Shown piece by piece: positions 45,902 to 57,001 of a stretch of 64,000 nt of DNA (position 1 is its first letter; every line of letters begins with the position of its first letter). The position numbers and the translations under genes were made by a program. The notes under the pieces were generated by a model. That model was not told the origin of the DNA. It saw nothing but the letters and a program-made list of their open reading frames with translations, and did no database searches. This DNA comes from an uncultured Anaerolineaceae bacterium (GTDB lineage: Bacteria > Chloroflexota > Anaerolineae > Anaerolineales > E44-bin32): assembly GCA_964475265.1 (NCBI GenBank), contig CAYYVY010000008.1, positions 4,485 to 68,484 of the forward strand, read 5' to 3'.

Positions 45902-45956
45902 GGCACGACGAGTTTACCCCGCTAGACCGGAATTGAACTCATTCGGCATCGTTAAC

Positions 45957-46511
45957 TCAATGTTCTGGCAACCCCTGCTCGCCGAAGTAGAGCGCATCGT
46001 AATCATGCGCGTGCTCGTAGACCAAGCCAGAAATCCAATCCTGGACGGCGTGCTCCAATTCATCCACCAGTACCAGACTGCCGGCCAATCGAGAGACCTT
46101 GTCTCCTGTCTCGGTGCAAATTTCTTCGACCAATACGGCCCGATTCTGGCCTAATCTCAGGGCTGCAGTTTGCGCTTCCTGAGCGAGATCTTGATCCCGC
46201 CACCAAGATTCGAGGTCACTCGTGAAAATCACGTCCGGCAAGCGGACTCCGAAATCCGAAAGCGCGCGCTTGAAATCCTGACGAATGTCCAAACTCTCGC
46301 GATTCAACTGCGACTTCAATGTACGGATGATGTGCTGCAAATCTCGCAACACGAACAGGGCCGTAGGTCCAGCCATGACCAATTCATGAAGCAATTCGTT
46401 GATGGGAGATAAATCACCATCATGGACACACGAAGTGATTAACAATTCCGCTTCCATGCAAATATACGATTGTTCTGCCAACCGGAGAAGATTATCAAGC
46501 TTGCGGCTCAT
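45957..46511 (-). CDS. hypothetical protein (184 aa)
   Basis: An ORF with normal composition whose start abuts the stop of the DUF971 gene. I recognise no family. Confidence 0.5.
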   Translation of the reverse strand: MSRKLDNLLRLAEQSYICMEAELLITSCVHDGDLSPINELLHELVMAGPTALFVLRDLQHIIRTLKSQLNRESLDIRQDFKRALSDFGVRLPDVIFTSDLESWWRDQDLAQEAQTAALRLGQNRAVLVEEICTETGDKVSRLAGSLVLVDELEHAVQDWISGLVYEHAHDYDALYFGEQGLPEH

Positions 46512-46852
46512 TACCGGTTATCCTCTGTCGACTCTTTGGGAGAAAGCGCCTTCAAGTAATCCCACGAGTAAATCCCATACGCATGTCCATCATCCCAGAT
46601 CAAGCGGAGTGCGTAATTGCCGACCTGCTCGATGCTGCGAATGTCAAGCGACACATCGTGCGGCAATGGCCAATCGAGATCATTCGGCGATACGCCAGCA
46701 TCGCGCTCTTCGCCCCTTAGCCGGCATTCGGCGCACGGGCATGCTGCCCGCAAGCCAGCGAGCGGGTATTCCACCCGCTGCCCATCCTCCCACTCAATCG
46801 CGAGTACGGCCTCAGAGCGCAGCACAGTGATGCTTTTCGGTGTGGAACTCAT
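46511..46852 (-). CDS. DUF971 (gamma-butyrobetaine hydroxylase-like N-terminal domain) protein
   Basis: It has LAIEWEDGQRVEYPLAGLRAACPCAEC ... YALRLIWDDGHAYGIYSWDYL, the typical DUF971 pattern. Confidence 0.75.
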   Translation of the reverse strand: MSSTPKSITVLRSEAVLAIEWEDGQRVEYPLAGLRAACPCAECRLRGEERDAGVSPNDLDWPLPHDVSLDIRSIEQVGNYALRLIWDDGHAYGIYSWDYLKALSPKESTEDNR

Positions 46853-46910
46853 TCAGCCTCCATCAAGCAGATACGAGGGCTCGCGTTCGAAGATTTTCTA
46901 CGGCCGTCAT

Positions 46911-47423
46911 TTAAGGATTCTCCATCCCGCGCAGGTAGTTCTCCACCGCCCAACCAGATTTCGAGCTGTCATAGGGATTGACGAGGAACCACCAGATATA
47001 CCCGTCTTGTTCTTCAGGTCCACCTTCGACCTGGAAAACGTCATTTTCGTACGCCAGGAATTCGATTTCACTCGATAACCCCGGCTGCGTTCGAATTCTG
47101 AGCCGGTCGCCGTCCGTGCCGGCAACGATGACCCATGCCCCGACGTCGATGTCCACATCTGCTGAAGGGGGTAATGTGGGAGATTGTGTGGCCGTCGACG
47201 CTTGCGTAGCCTGGGAGGTTGGATTGGGTGGTGTATCGCTCGGGATAGCCACTACGGTCAGACCTGGCAGTACAGATACCTGACTCATGTGCGAAACCCG
47301 TGAAAAATAACCCTGGATCAGTGCAACAATGAAAACAAGCACGCCCAAGCCAATCCCCAATACGAGCCAGCGCAGATTTCGCTGCAGATAATTTCTAAAT
47401 TCGAGGAGATAGCGATTTTGCAT
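46911..47423 (-). CDS. membrane-anchored bacterial SH3-domain protein
   Basis: It has a single TM (WLVLGIGLGVLVFIVALI) and a Thr/Pro/Ser linker. The SH3b-like block is VIVAGTDGDRLRIRTQPGLSSEIEFLAYENDVFQVEGGPEEQDGYIWW. Confidence 0.6.
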   Translation of the reverse strand: MQNRYLLEFRNYLQRNLRWLVLGIGLGVLVFIVALIQGYFSRVSHMSQVSVLPGLTVVAIPSDTPPNPTSQATQASTATQSPTLPPSADVDIDVGAWVIVAGTDGDRLRIRTQPGLSSEIEFLAYENDVFQVEGGPEEQDGYIWWFLVNPYDSSKSGWAVENYLRGMENP

Positions 47424-47572
47424 CGGAGACTACGCCTCGCCAATGGATGAAAACAACTGCCCAGAGTCTGGTTCCGGCCTCGGCTGAGCACGATTATAAC
47501 CCGATCGGAATGCTGCGCCACGATGGTTGCCGAAAATGTACAGCATGATTAGAATTCCCTGCGGGAGAAACA

Positions 47573-48616
47573 ATGGTCAATCGCTTTGGAGCACCACTGG
47601 GAGGAAGGTACGAAATTATCGGCTCACTCGGGCGCGGCGGCATGGCCGAAGTCTACCGCGCTCGTGATTTAAGCCTCCAACGAGAAGTCGCCATCAAGCT
47701 GCTGCGTGAAAATCTCACCGCCGATCCCGCCTTTCAGGCAAGCTTCCTGCAAGAGGCACGGGCTGCCGCCAACTTGGCCCATCCCAACATTGTCACGATA
47801 TTCGATTTCGGCATCGATACAGAGCGATACTTCATCGTGCTGGAATTGGTTCCCGGTACGGATTTAAAAACACTAATACGACGAAGAGGCTGCCTGCCCA
47901 TTCCGGAAGCAGTGGACTTGATGATTCAAATCTGCGCTGGAGTTGGCTATGCGCATCGTGCTGGTCTCATCCATTGCGATCTCAAACCACAGAATGTGCT
48001 GGTTGGCAGTGATGGTGTGGCGAAAATAACCGACTTTGGCATTGCCCGAGCCTTTGCCTCCATTCAGCCCGACGAACAGAGCGAAATCGTTTGGGGAAGC
48101 CCATTATATTTTGCCCCCGAGCAGGCCGCCGGCCGTCCTCCGACGTTCGCCTCCGACGTGTATGCACTCGGAATCACTTTCTTTGAAATCCTGGCCGGCA
48201 GCACTCCCTTCAAAGCGGATGATGCCGGTGAACTTGCCCTGCTGCACCAGACTGCGAAACCGCCGCGTCTGCGCCAGTTCCGGCAGGATGTCCCTGAAGT
48301 CCTCGAGCAAATAATCGTAAAAGTGCTCTCAAAAGAACCGTCCGCCCGCTACCGCACGGCAGATCAATTCGGCCGTGTATTAATGACCTACGCCGAACAG
48401 CTACAATCGCTTCCAGTACGTTCCTACCAAATGCCGCCTCCGGCCGAAAATGACCCTGAGGCATCCACTTCAGATATGGCGCTTCATTCACCAGTACCTA
48501 TTGATTGGGCTGCAGTTGTCCTCGCCCTTCTCGCTTTTATCGCCGTTGGCGGGTTGATACCACTCTGGTTGTGGGTTTGTTTGCTGTATCCTTCTTGTCC
48601 GCTCCGTTCTCCTTAG
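47573..48616 (+). CDS. Ser/Thr protein kinase with C-terminal TM anchor
   Basis: It has GRGGMAEVYRA, VAIK, HCDLKPQNVL, DFGIA and GSPLYFAPEQ. The C-terminal TM is VVLALLAFIAVGGLIPLWLWV. Confidence 0.9.
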   Translation: MVNRFGAPLGGRYEIIGSLGRGGMAEVYRARDLSLQREVAIKLLRENLTADPAFQASFLQEARAAANLAHPNIVTIFDFGIDTERYFIVLELVPGTDLKTLIRRRGCLPIPEAVDLMIQICAGVGYAHRAGLIHCDLKPQNVLVGSDGVAKITDFGIARAFASIQPDEQSEIVWGSPLYFAPEQAAGRPPTFASDVYALGITFFEILAGSTPFKADDAGELALLHQTAKPPRLRQFRQDVPEVLEQIIVKVLSKEPSARYRTADQFGRVLMTYAEQLQSLPVRSYQMPPPAENDPEASTSDMALHSPVPIDWAAVVLALLAFIAVGGLIPLWLWVCLLYPSCPLRSP

Positions 48617-48768
48617 GTTCAGACCCTCGATCACACATTAAGACTGGGGAACTCATCGTCAATTTCTTCGTCACGTACGCCGTGCGCATCCACGCAGGAT
48701 ATGATAGATGATATAATTCGGAAGACTTGGGTTTGTATCTGTTCGCGTTGTTTTTTTAGGAGGTTAAT

Positions 48769-50643
48769 GTGAATGCTCCCCGAAGCAGGAATTCTGTTTT
48801 TTTTATTCTCCTGCTGCTGAGTATTGTGGTATTGCTATTCTTCATGCGAGATAGCGCCAGCCAGCCTGAGCGCTTGTCGTTCAACGAACTGGTAGACAAA
48901 ATCAAGGCCGGTGAGGTTTCCCGCATTGTTGTCAACGACAATGATATCGATGTGGAATACAACCAGCCGGGAAAGACAGCCGTTACTCGCAAGGAACCCA
49001 CGAAAACACTCGTGGGACAGTTAATCGACTTCGGGCTCACGCCCGAATACCTGGCGCAGAATCCCTTCGAACTTGAAATCAAAGAGCCGAGTGATTTGAA
49101 CACAATCCTCAGTTTAATAACGTACATCCTGCCTGCGCTGCTAGTTGTAGGGTTGATCTGGTTTATGCTGCGCCAAGCGCAGGGCAGCAACAACCAGGCA
49201 ATTTCGTTTGGCAAGAGCCGTGCGCGTATGTTCACTGGTGATCAACCAACGATCACTTTCGAGGACGTTGCGGGTGTCGAGGAAGCCAAGGAAGAACTCC
49301 AGGAGATTGTAGAATTCCTCAAGGAACCCGAAAAATTTATAACGCTTGGCGCACGCATCCCCAAAGGCGTGCTCCTGATTGGTGCCCCGGGCACCGGGAA
49401 AACCATGATGGCGAAAGCGGTTTCCGGCGAAGCGGGCGTACCTTTCTTCTCGATCTCGGGTTCTGAATTCGTTGAAATGTTCGTCGGCGTAGGCGCCAGC
49501 CGGGTGCGCGATCTCTTCGATCAAGCCAAGCGACACTCCCCGTGCATCGTCTTCGTCGATGAGATCGACGCAGTCGGACGCCACCGCGGCGCGGGTCTCG
49601 GCGGCAGCCACGATGAACGAGAGCAAACGTTAAATCAGATGTTAGTCGAAATGGACGGCTTCGACACCGACACCAACGTCATTATCATGGCGGCGACCAA
49701 TCGGCCAGACATTCTGGATCCCGCCCTGCTCCGCCCTGGAAGGTTCGACCGGCGTGTCGTTCTCGACCGACCGGACATGCGTGGACGCGAGGCGATACTC
49801 AAGGTCCATACAAAAGGAAAGCCGTTGGAAGTCGACGTCGATCTCAGCATTATCGCCAAATCCACACCCGGCTTCGTTGGTGCCGACCTCGAGAACCTGG
49901 TCAACGAAGCTGCGATTCTAGCCGCCCGAAGAGATAAGCGCACGATCGGACAAACTGAATTCGAAGAGTCGATCGAACGCGTCATTGCCGGCCCGGAAAG
50001 AAAGAGCCGCATCATCAGCGAGGAAGAAAAACGAATCGTCGCTTATCACGAGGCGGGACACGCAATCATCGCCCACGTCATTCCGGAGGCGGATCCCGTG
50101 CACAAGGTGAGTATCATCGCAAGAGGCATGATGGGCGGGTATACTATGGCCCTGCCGGAAGAAGACCGTATGCTTACGTCGAGGAACAAGATGAAGGCAG
50201 ATCTCGCCTTCGGGCTCGGTGGACGTGCAGCGGAGGAAATCGTCTTCAACGACATCACTTCCGGGGCTTCCAACGATCTGGAGCGAGTGACCAAGATGGC
50301 CCGCGCGATGGTTACCCGTCTGGGAATGAGCGATTCACTTGGCCCGATGGTCTATGGCCAGAAAGATGAATTGGTATTCCTCGGCCGCGAAATCGGCGAG
50401 CAACGAGATTACTCCGAAAACGTAGCCGAATTGATTGATGACGAAGTACGGCTATTAGTTAAAGAGGCGCATAATCGTGCGCTCGAAATACTTACCCAAT
50501 ACCGTGATCAGCTTGAAGCCATCGCCCAACAGCTAATCGAAGTGGAAACACTCGACCGGGATGAATTTTCCAAATTATTCGCAGAGCCAGTTCAACCGAA
50601 GAACAGCGGAACCCCCGTTCCTCTGCCCACTGCGGGTGATTAG
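48769..50643 (+). CDS. ftsH: ATP-dependent zinc metalloprotease FtsH
   Basis: It has two N-terminal TMs, Walker A GAPGTGKT, Walker [30 protein letters not shown] and the zinc site HEAGHAI. The GTG start is preceded by TAGGAGG. Confidence 0.97.
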   Translation: MNAPRSRNSVFFILLLLSIVVLLFFMRDSASQPERLSFNELVDKIKAGEVSRIVVNDNDIDVEYNQPGKTAVTRKEPTKTLVGQLIDFGLTPEYLAQNPFELEIKEPSDLNTILSLITYILPALLVVGLIWFMLRQAQGSNNQAISFGKSRARMFTGDQPTITFEDVAGVEEAKEELQEIVEFLKEPEKFITLGARIPKGVLLIGAPGTGKTMMAKAVSGEAGVPFFSISGSEFVEMFVGVGASRVRDLFDQAKRHSPCIVFVDEIDAVGRHRGAGLGGSHDEREQTLNQMLVEMDGFDTDTNVIIMAATNRPDILDPALLRPGRFDRRVVLDRPDMRGREAILKVHTKGKPLEVDVDLSIIAKSTPGFVGADLENLVNEAAILAARRDKRTIGQTEFEESIERVIAGPERKSRIISEEEKRIVAYHEAGHAIIAHVIPEADPVHKVSIIARGMMGGYTMALPEEDRMLTSRNKMKADLAFGLGGRAAEEIVFNDITSGASNDLERVTKMARAMVTRLGMSDSLGPMVYGQKDELVFLGREIGEQRDYSENVAELIDDEVRLLVKEAHNRALEILTQYRDQLEAIAQQLIEVETLDRDEFSKLFAEPVQPKNSGTPVPLPTAGD

Positions 50644-50671
50644 AAAGTCCATCGCGGCACACGAAATTGAA

Positions 50672-50710
50672 GGGCTGTCCGATGATCAAAACGGACAGCC
50701 CTTTTCGTTT
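50672..50710 (+). terminator. intrinsic terminator after ftsH
   Basis: GGGCTGTCC (50672-50680), a 12-nt loop, GGACAGCCC (50693-50701), then TTTTCGTTT. Confidence 0.75.
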
Positions 50711-50749
50711 ATCGTTATGTATCCGGCAATAACTGCACAGACGTCCTGG

Positions 50750-52438
50750 TTATGCTTCGTTCTCACTTTCTCGGTGTTGGCGTACCAACTCCCTGCGCAG
50801 GATTTTCCCGACCGTCGTTTTGGGCAGCTCGTCCCGAAATTCGATTTGCGTAGGCACTTTATAGGCCGCCATTCTCTCCTTGCACCAAGCTCGAATTTCA
50901 TCCACCGAAGCCGTCTCACCGGGTTTGAGCACAACCCAAGCCTTGACGGTCTCTCCTCGATAGGCGTCCGGTACACCCGCCACGCCAACTTCCAACACGC
51001 CCGGATGCTCTGAGATGACCTCTTCTACCTCACGCGGCCACACCTGATACCCACTCGGTTTAATCAGCTCCTTTTTACGGTCGACGATGTAAAAATATCC
51101 ATCCTCGTCCATACGCGCAATGTCACCAGTATACAACCAACCATCTCGCAGTACGTTCGCCGTCTCGGTGGGCATTTTGTGATAGCCCTTCATGACCTGG
51201 GGTCCATGGATCACCAACTCCCCGACCTCACCAGGACCGAGCACCGTCGTCTCATCATCGAGGGAAATGATGCGCGCTTCAACGTCGGGCAGCGGCAATC
51301 CGATCGAACCTTCCTTGTTCAGTCCGAATAGTGGATTGCAATGCGTTGCCGTCGGCGCCTCCGAGAGACCATAACCTTCAACCAATTTGCCGCCGGTTTG
51401 TTTCTCGAAAAGCGTCTTGGTCTCGCGCATTAAAGGCGCCGATCCCGAAATGCACGCCTGGATCGAGCTCACGTCCGTCTTGCCTGCTTGCACATCCGGA
51501 TGATTGTTAATGGCGTTGTACATCGCCGGAACGGCCGGATAGATCGTAGGCTTGTACTTGGAAATCAAAGCGAGTATCTCATCGGTGTCTCGCGGATCGG
51601 GCTGGATCACCAACGTGGCGCCCGATGAAATGCCAAAGGTCATGCCGGCGACCAATCCGTAGACGTGAAACATCGGGATCGCCATCAATACGATCTCTTC
51701 TCCCATCCTCAAGGTAGGATTGAAAGCCCGGATTTGGAGTGTGTTTGCGATGAGATTGCGGTGTAAAGCGATGGCCGCTTTTGAAACCCCTGTGGTGCCT
51801 CCGCTGTATTGAAACAAGGCGATGTCATCCGGACCCACATCCACTTTCGTGGCATCCTCCGGGATATGTTTATCGATCAGATCCCGCATCCACACATCGC
51901 CTTCATCAAGTGTGACCCGATGTCCCCCTTTCTTTTCCATGGTCAGCGAAAACAGGACTCGCAGCAGTCCGGGCAGCCCTTCCTTCAAATTGGTTACTAC
52001 AAGGGTCTTCAGGGTAGTCTGCTCTCGGACGGCTTTGACTTTCTCGTAGTACATACTCACGGTGATCATGATCTCGATGCCAGAATCGTTCACTTGATGC
52101 ACGATCTCGCGTGCCTTATACAAAGGATTAAAAGCGACGACGACGCCTCCTGCTTTCAGAATGGCGTAAAAAGCGAGCACGAACTGCGGAAGGTTCACCA
52201 TGAACATGCCCACAGGCGTACCTTTCCTGACGCCAAGATCGGCCAGACCAGCAGCGAGTCGATCTGAAAGTGCGTCCATCTCAGCGTAGGTAATTTGCGC
52301 ACCCTTGAAAATGGTGCAGGCTCGTTGTGGAAATGCACGTGCCGATTCTGTAAGCATGTTGTGGAGGTTAATCTGTGGATAATCAATCTTCTTTGGTACC
52401 CCCTCGTCATAAAACTTAAACCAAGGATGTTCTGTCAT
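50750..52438 (-). CDS. fadD: long-chain fatty-acid--CoA ligase
   Basis: It has the AMP-binding motif YSGGTTGVSKA, YGLSEA and TGDIARMDEDGYFYIVDRKK, ending PKTTVGKILRR. The ATG (complement of 52436-52438) is preceded by AGGAGA. The track start at 52582 adds 48 unlikely aa. Confidence 0.9.
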   Translation of the reverse strand: MTEHPWFKFYDEGVPKKIDYPQINLHNMLTESARAFPQRACTIFKGAQITYAEMDALSDRLAAGLADLGVRKGTPVGMFMVNLPQFVLAFYAILKAGGVVVAFNPLYKAREIVHQVNDSGIEIMITVSMYYEKVKAVREQTTLKTLVVTNLKEGLPGLLRVLFSLTMEKKGGHRVTLDEGDVWMRDLIDKHIPEDATKVDVGPDDIALFQYSGGTTGVSKAAIALHRNLIANTLQIRAFNPTLRMGEEIVLMAIPMFHVYGLVAGMTFGISSGATLVIQPDPRDTDEILALISKYKPTIYPAVPAMYNAINNHPDVQAGKTDVSSIQACISGSAPLMRETKTLFEKQTGGKLVEGYGLSEAPTATHCNPLFGLNKEGSIGLPLPDVEARIISLDDETTVLGPGEVGELVIHGPQVMKGYHKMPTETANVLRDGWLYTGDIARMDEDGYFYIVDRKKELIKPSGYQVWPREVEEVISEHPGVLEVGVAGVPDAYRGETVKAWVVLKPGETASVDEIRAWCKERMAAYKVPTQIEFRDELPKTTVGKILRRELVRQHRESENEA

Positions 52439-52623
52439 TATCACCACTCTCCTTTGATTACGCGCTCGTGAAGAGACGGCTCCGCTATACTCTTTATACA
52501 ACGGAACTGAACGGACGCAAAATCCGAATGATATAATTACGAAAGTAATCCGATTTCCGTTTTGGAGAATCAATACATCCACATCAAACGTTTACGCATA
52601 ATCCCACCCGGAGGTGAGCAAGA

Positions 52624-53940
52624 ATGCGAAATCTTTCTGTACCAGGAAAGAATGCAAAACGATATCTCAAACGCGATGAAAATGTGATTTCTCCTTCCTA
52701 CCCACGTGTTTATCCGTTCATGATGGATCATGGCTCGGGATCCGAAGTCTGGGACGTCGACGGCAATCGCTACGTCGATTTCACCTCGGGCATTGCCGTT
52801 TGCTCGACCGGACACAGCCATCCGAAAGTAGTCGAGGCGATCCAAAAACAAGCTGAACTGTATCTACATATTTCTTCGGACTTCTACCACCCGATCTGGA
52901 TTGAGTTTTCGGAAAAGCTCGCTTCAACAGCTCCGTTCGAGGAAAACGCAAAGATATTCCTGGGAAATTCCGGGACGGAAGCCGTTGAAGCGGCCATTAA
53001 ACTAGCCCGGTTCCACACAGGTCGTCAGCAGTTCATCGGCTTTTTCGGCGCCTTTCACGGTCGCACGATGGGTTCTTTGGCCTTCACCGCCAGTAAACCC
53101 ACCTACCGCCACGGATTCTTCCCGCTTTTGAACGGCGTGACGCACGTTCCCTATCCTGATCCATATCGACCGCTGCTCGCATCGACACACGACGATTATG
53201 GGGAAACCGTCGTGCAATATATTCGCGACGTGATCTTCCAAAAAGTACTGCCTGCCGAGGACTGCGCAGGTATCCTCGTGGAACCGATCCAGGGCGAAGG
53301 CGGTTACGTCGTTCCTACCGATGGATTCTTCCCGGCCCTGCGCCAATTGTGCGATCAACATGGCATCCTGCTCATCGTGGATGAAGTGCAATCTGGCGTC
53401 GGCCGGACGGGTAAATGGTGGGCAATCGAGCAGTGGAACGTCGAGCCGGACATCGTATGCACGGCGAAAGGCATCGCCTCCGGTATTCCGCTCGGAGGCA
53501 TCATCACCAGGGAAAGCGTGATGAACTGGCCCAGCGGCGCCCATGGAAACACCTACGGGGGCAACCCTATTGCATGCGCCGCCGCTTTAGCGACGCTAGA
53601 ATTGATCGAAAACGGCATGATGCAAAATGCTGCAGAAGTTGGTCAATACACGTTGGACGCACTGGCAGAATTGCAGGCCCATCACCCCAGTATCGGACAA
53701 GTGCGGGGCAAAGGCCTAATGATCGGGGTTGAATTCGTCAAGGACCGCGAGACGCGCAAACCGGCGAAATCCCTCCGCCACCGCGTCGAGCAGCACGCTT
53801 TCCGCAAAGGCTTGTTGACATTGGGATGTGGCCTAAGCACACTGCGTATTGCCCCGGCACTTAATATCACGACCCAACTGATCGACGAAGGTCTGGAAAT
53901 ACTCGATCACGCCATTCAAGAAGCCGAGCAAGAAGAGTAA
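52624..53940 (+). CDS. class III PLP-dependent aminotransferase (GabT / acetylornithine aminotransferase family)
   Basis: It has GSGSEVWDVDGNRYVDF, GNSGTEAVEAAIKLAR, DEVQSGVGRTGKWWA and the PLP lysine in TAKGIASG. Confidence 0.88.
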   Translation: MRNLSVPGKNAKRYLKRDENVISPSYPRVYPFMMDHGSGSEVWDVDGNRYVDFTSGIAVCSTGHSHPKVVEAIQKQAELYLHISSDFYHPIWIEFSEKLASTAPFEENAKIFLGNSGTEAVEAAIKLARFHTGRQQFIGFFGAFHGRTMGSLAFTASKPTYRHGFFPLLNGVTHVPYPDPYRPLLASTHDDYGETVVQYIRDVIFQKVLPAEDCAGILVEPIQGEGGYVVPTDGFFPALRQLCDQHGILLIVDEVQSGVGRTGKWWAIEQWNVEPDIVCTAKGIASGIPLGGIITRESVMNWPSGAHGNTYGGNPIACAAALATLELIENGMMQNAAEVGQYTLDALAELQAHHPSIGQVRGKGLMIGVEFVKDRETRKPAKSLRHRVEQHAFRKGLLTLGCGLSTLRIAPALNITTQLIDEGLEILDHAIQEAEQEE

Positions 53941-53946
53941 AGCTGA

Positions 53947-55512
53947 ATGCTGCCCGACTTTCGAGTCCGCCAACGCGATTACCTGCTCGAGATTTCTCGT
54001 GTCATTACGGAAGAACTCGAACTCAATCGTGTGCTCACGCGCATTGTGCGCGTCTCGGCCGAGCTCCTCGCCGGACACGCCGGCCTCATTGCGCTGCGCG
54101 ACGAAGGTGGTGGTTGGCGAATCGCCTCCTCGTATGGGATCAATGCGGAATTCCTGAAAAATCTCGATCCTCTGATCGCCGACATCCCCAACCAAGGCGA
54201 TCCCTCGCGTTTCGCCCTTCCAGAAATCAACCGTCGATTACAACGCATCACAGCTGCGACGAGTATGGGCTTGTTAACCGGCGTTGGTTTGCCGATGACT
54301 GCCCGTTCGGAGATCGTTGGCGTCATTTTCGTCTTCCGTTCGTACCCGGGTCGTTTTTCCAGTGAGGATCGGAAGCTGTTGCAGGCATTCGCATCGCAGG
54401 CCGCTATCGCAACCCACAACGCGAAACTGTACACGGAACTCTCGTCGCAAAAGCAGCACATCGATGCAGTACTCGAATCGTCTGCGGATGGCATCTTCAT
54501 CCTCGACCCGAGTTTTCGCTTCGTACGTTTTAATCGTGCCTGCGCTCATCTGACCGGATACGAACCCGAGGAGACGATCGGTAAGCCGCACGCTGAGATC
54601 ATCCGCTGGCTTCGACGCGAGCCCGGCATGTCTTTAGAAGAGGCCGAAGCCGGCGGCTGGCCGCTTTCCGCTCAAGCGGTGCTCTACGTCGAAGGGGATC
54701 TAATTAAGAAAAATGATGAAGCAATAAGCGTAGGCATCCGCTATGCCCCTATGCTCTCTCAAGAAGGCAAATTGAGAAGCATCGTCGCAAACGTGCGCGA
54801 CATCACGAAATTTCGCGAAGCCGAAGAATTGAAAGACACGTTCATTTCAATCATCAGCCATGAACTGCGGACGCCCGTGGCATTGATCAAAGGGTATGTC
54901 GGCACGCTGCGAAGAGAAGATGCGGAGTGGGATCCTGACATCGTACGCGATAGTTTAGCGGTGATCGAGGAAGAATCCGATCGGCTTGCTGACCTGATCG
55001 ACGACTTGCTCGATGCCTCACGGCTTGCAGCCGGTGCCCTTTCCCTGAACTTTGCGGAGATGGAAATCAAGGAATTAGCCGAGAGACTGGCGGACCGCTT
55101 TAAAACCCAATCTACGACGCACACGTTTGTGGTCGAGTTTCCTGACGATTTTCCCACTGTTTACGCAGATGAAGACCGATTGACACAGGTTTTTTCCAAC
55201 CTGCTATCGAATGCCGTCAAGTACTCGCCCGATGGTGGCCAGGTGACGATCAGCGGTCGGGTTCGCAAGGACGAAATCGTGGTCTGCGTGCAAGACATTG
55301 GCCCGGGTATTGCGCCGGATGATGTGCCGCATGTATTCGATCGTTTCTATCGGTCGAATGAAGCTTCGCGAAAAACAAAAGGCGCGGGGTTAGGGCTGTT
55401 TCTGGCGAAAGCAGTGATCGAAGCTCACAAAGGTCGGATCTGGGTAGATGAAAAAATCAAGCACGGAACAAGAATTTGTTTCGCTCTGCCTCGCTATCAC
55501 ACACAAGAATAG
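53947..55512 (+). CDS. GAF-PAS sensor histidine kinase (cytoplasmic, orphan)
   Basis: It has a GAF-like N-terminus and a PAS block (DGIFILDPSFRFVRFNRACAHLTGYEPEETIG). Kinase motifs are the H-box ISHELRTPV, N-box NLLSNAVKYSP and G-boxes DIGPGI and GAGLGLFLAK. Confidence 0.9.
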   Translation: MLPDFRVRQRDYLLEISRVITEELELNRVLTRIVRVSAELLAGHAGLIALRDEGGGWRIASSYGINAEFLKNLDPLIADIPNQGDPSRFALPEINRRLQRITAATSMGLLTGVGLPMTARSEIVGVIFVFRSYPGRFSSEDRKLLQAFASQAAIATHNAKLYTELSSQKQHIDAVLESSADGIFILDPSFRFVRFNRACAHLTGYEPEETIGKPHAEIIRWLRREPGMSLEEAEAGGWPLSAQAVLYVEGDLIKKNDEAISVGIRYAPMLSQEGKLRSIVANVRDITKFREAEELKDTFISIISHELRTPVALIKGYVGTLRREDAEWDPDIVRDSLAVIEEESDRLADLIDDLLDASRLAAGALSLNFAEMEIKELAERLADRFKTQSTTHTFVVEFPDDFPTVYADEDRLTQVFSNLLSNAVKYSPDGGQVTISGRVRKDEIVVCVQDIGPGIAPDDVPHVFDRFYRSNEASRKTKGAGLGLFLAKAVIEAHKGRIWVDEKIKHGTRICFALPRYHTQE

Positions 55513-55534
55513 CAATAAAGGACAATAATATTCC

Positions 55535-56899
55535 ATGACCCAAGCAATGACTCAAATCCAATGCCCCAATTGCAGGGCGCCAATCGCAGCCTCCATCGAA
55601 CAACTCATCGATGTCGGTCAGGACCCGGGCGTTAAAGCCAGATTGCTTTCCGGAAGCATCAACCGCATCAAATGTCCTTCCTGCGGATTCGAAGGTCAAA
55701 TCGCGACGCCGCTCGTGTATCACGATCCCGAAAAGGAGTTGTTGTTGACGTACATGCCCGTCGAGCTCAACATTCCTAAAGACGAACAAGAACGCGTGGT
55801 CGGCAAAATGATCAATCAAATCACGGAGAGTCTGCCGCCAGAACAACGAAAGGCATATCTCTTCCAGCCCCAGACAACGCTCACGATGCAGGGAATGCTG
55901 GAACGGATATTGGAAGCAGACGGTATCTCGAAAGAAGAGATCGAGGCGCAGCGTGCTCGTATGCGCCTCTTCGAGGAGTTGATTCAAATTCGTGAAGAAG
56001 ATCTCGACGATCTCGTCAAAGAACACGACGAGGAAATGGACTCTGCATTTTTCCAGATCGCCGCCATGGCGATTGGTTCGATTACGGATGCAGAAACGAA
56101 AAATGCTGTTACCCAGCGGTACGAACAAGCCATTCAAAAAAGTACGTTCGGCCGTAAGATTCAAGCCCAAGAAAATGAATTCAAGCTGGCCATCGAAAGT
56201 ATTAACGATCTCGGAAAAGACGTTGGCCGCGATGACATCCTGGAGTTGCTGATCCAGGCTCCCAGCGATGATCGCGTCCTTGCCATCGTTAATCTCCTTC
56301 GCCCCGTAATGGATTACGGCTTCTTTCAGTTGCTAACGGACCGCATGGAAGCAAGCGAGACACAAGAACAAGAGAAGCTTTCCGCACTCCGCGAGCGCAT
56401 ACTGGAGATCTGTCAAGAGATCGATAAGGTGCAAGAAGCTCGCGCTGCGCAGGCTGCTTCTTTACTACAATCGCTAATACAAGCGGAAGACCTCGATGCC
56501 GCCTTAATGAATGCGCTCCCCATCGTGGACGATTATTTCCTGGGGATTCTGCAGGCTAACATCCAAGCAGCAGAAGAAAGGAATAACGCGGAAGCCCTCA
56601 AGAAGCTCAACGAGATTCGGGACAAGTTTCAATCCATTGCTGAAGAAACCGTCCCGGAGGAGCTGCGCTTTGCTCAGCAGCTCATCAATATCGAAGACGA
56701 CGAAGAAGCGCTTGAATATCTCCAGACTTCAATGGAGCAAATTAACGAGCAAGTGTTGTCTGCACTGATGGCAACCGCGGATCGCCTGGCAGAGAACGGG
56801 GATCAAGAAAACGCCGATCGCGTGCGCAATCGATACCGACAAGCGCTTAAATTGTCAATGAAGGCGAAGATGAGTGCCGGGGAGAATGACGAAGCGTAA
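55535..56899 (+). CDS. CpXC-domain protein with a long acidic helical C-terminal region
   Basis: The N-terminus has CPNC...(39 aa)...CPSCGFEG...PLVYHDPEKELLLTYMP, the CpXC zinc-ribbon pattern. The remaining ~350 aa are Glu/Leu/Ala-rich helices. Confidence 0.65.
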   Translation: MTQAMTQIQCPNCRAPIAASIEQLIDVGQDPGVKARLLSGSINRIKCPSCGFEGQIATPLVYHDPEKELLLTYMPVELNIPKDEQERVVGKMINQITESLPPEQRKAYLFQPQTTLTMQGMLERILEADGISKEEIEAQRARMRLFEELIQIREEDLDDLVKEHDEEMDSAFFQIAAMAIGSITDAETKNAVTQRYEQAIQKSTFGRKIQAQENEFKLAIESINDLGKDVGRDDILELLIQAPSDDRVLAIVNLLRPVMDYGFFQLLTDRMEASETQEQEKLSALRERILEICQEIDKVQEARAAQAASLLQSLIQAEDLDAALMNALPIVDDYFLGILQANIQAAEERNNAEALKKLNEIRDKFQSIAEETVPEELRFAQQLINIEDDEEALEYLQTSMEQINEQVLSALMATADRLAENGDQENADRVRNRYRQALKLSMKAKMSAGENDEA

Positions 56900-57001
56900 C
56901 CCACAACCGACTTCGAGCGTACCAGTAGACTCACGACGCTCTCACGAAACCAGACCTCACCTCCCGGAAAGCGTCGGGAAGAGAAATTGCGAGCGTAAAA
57001 G

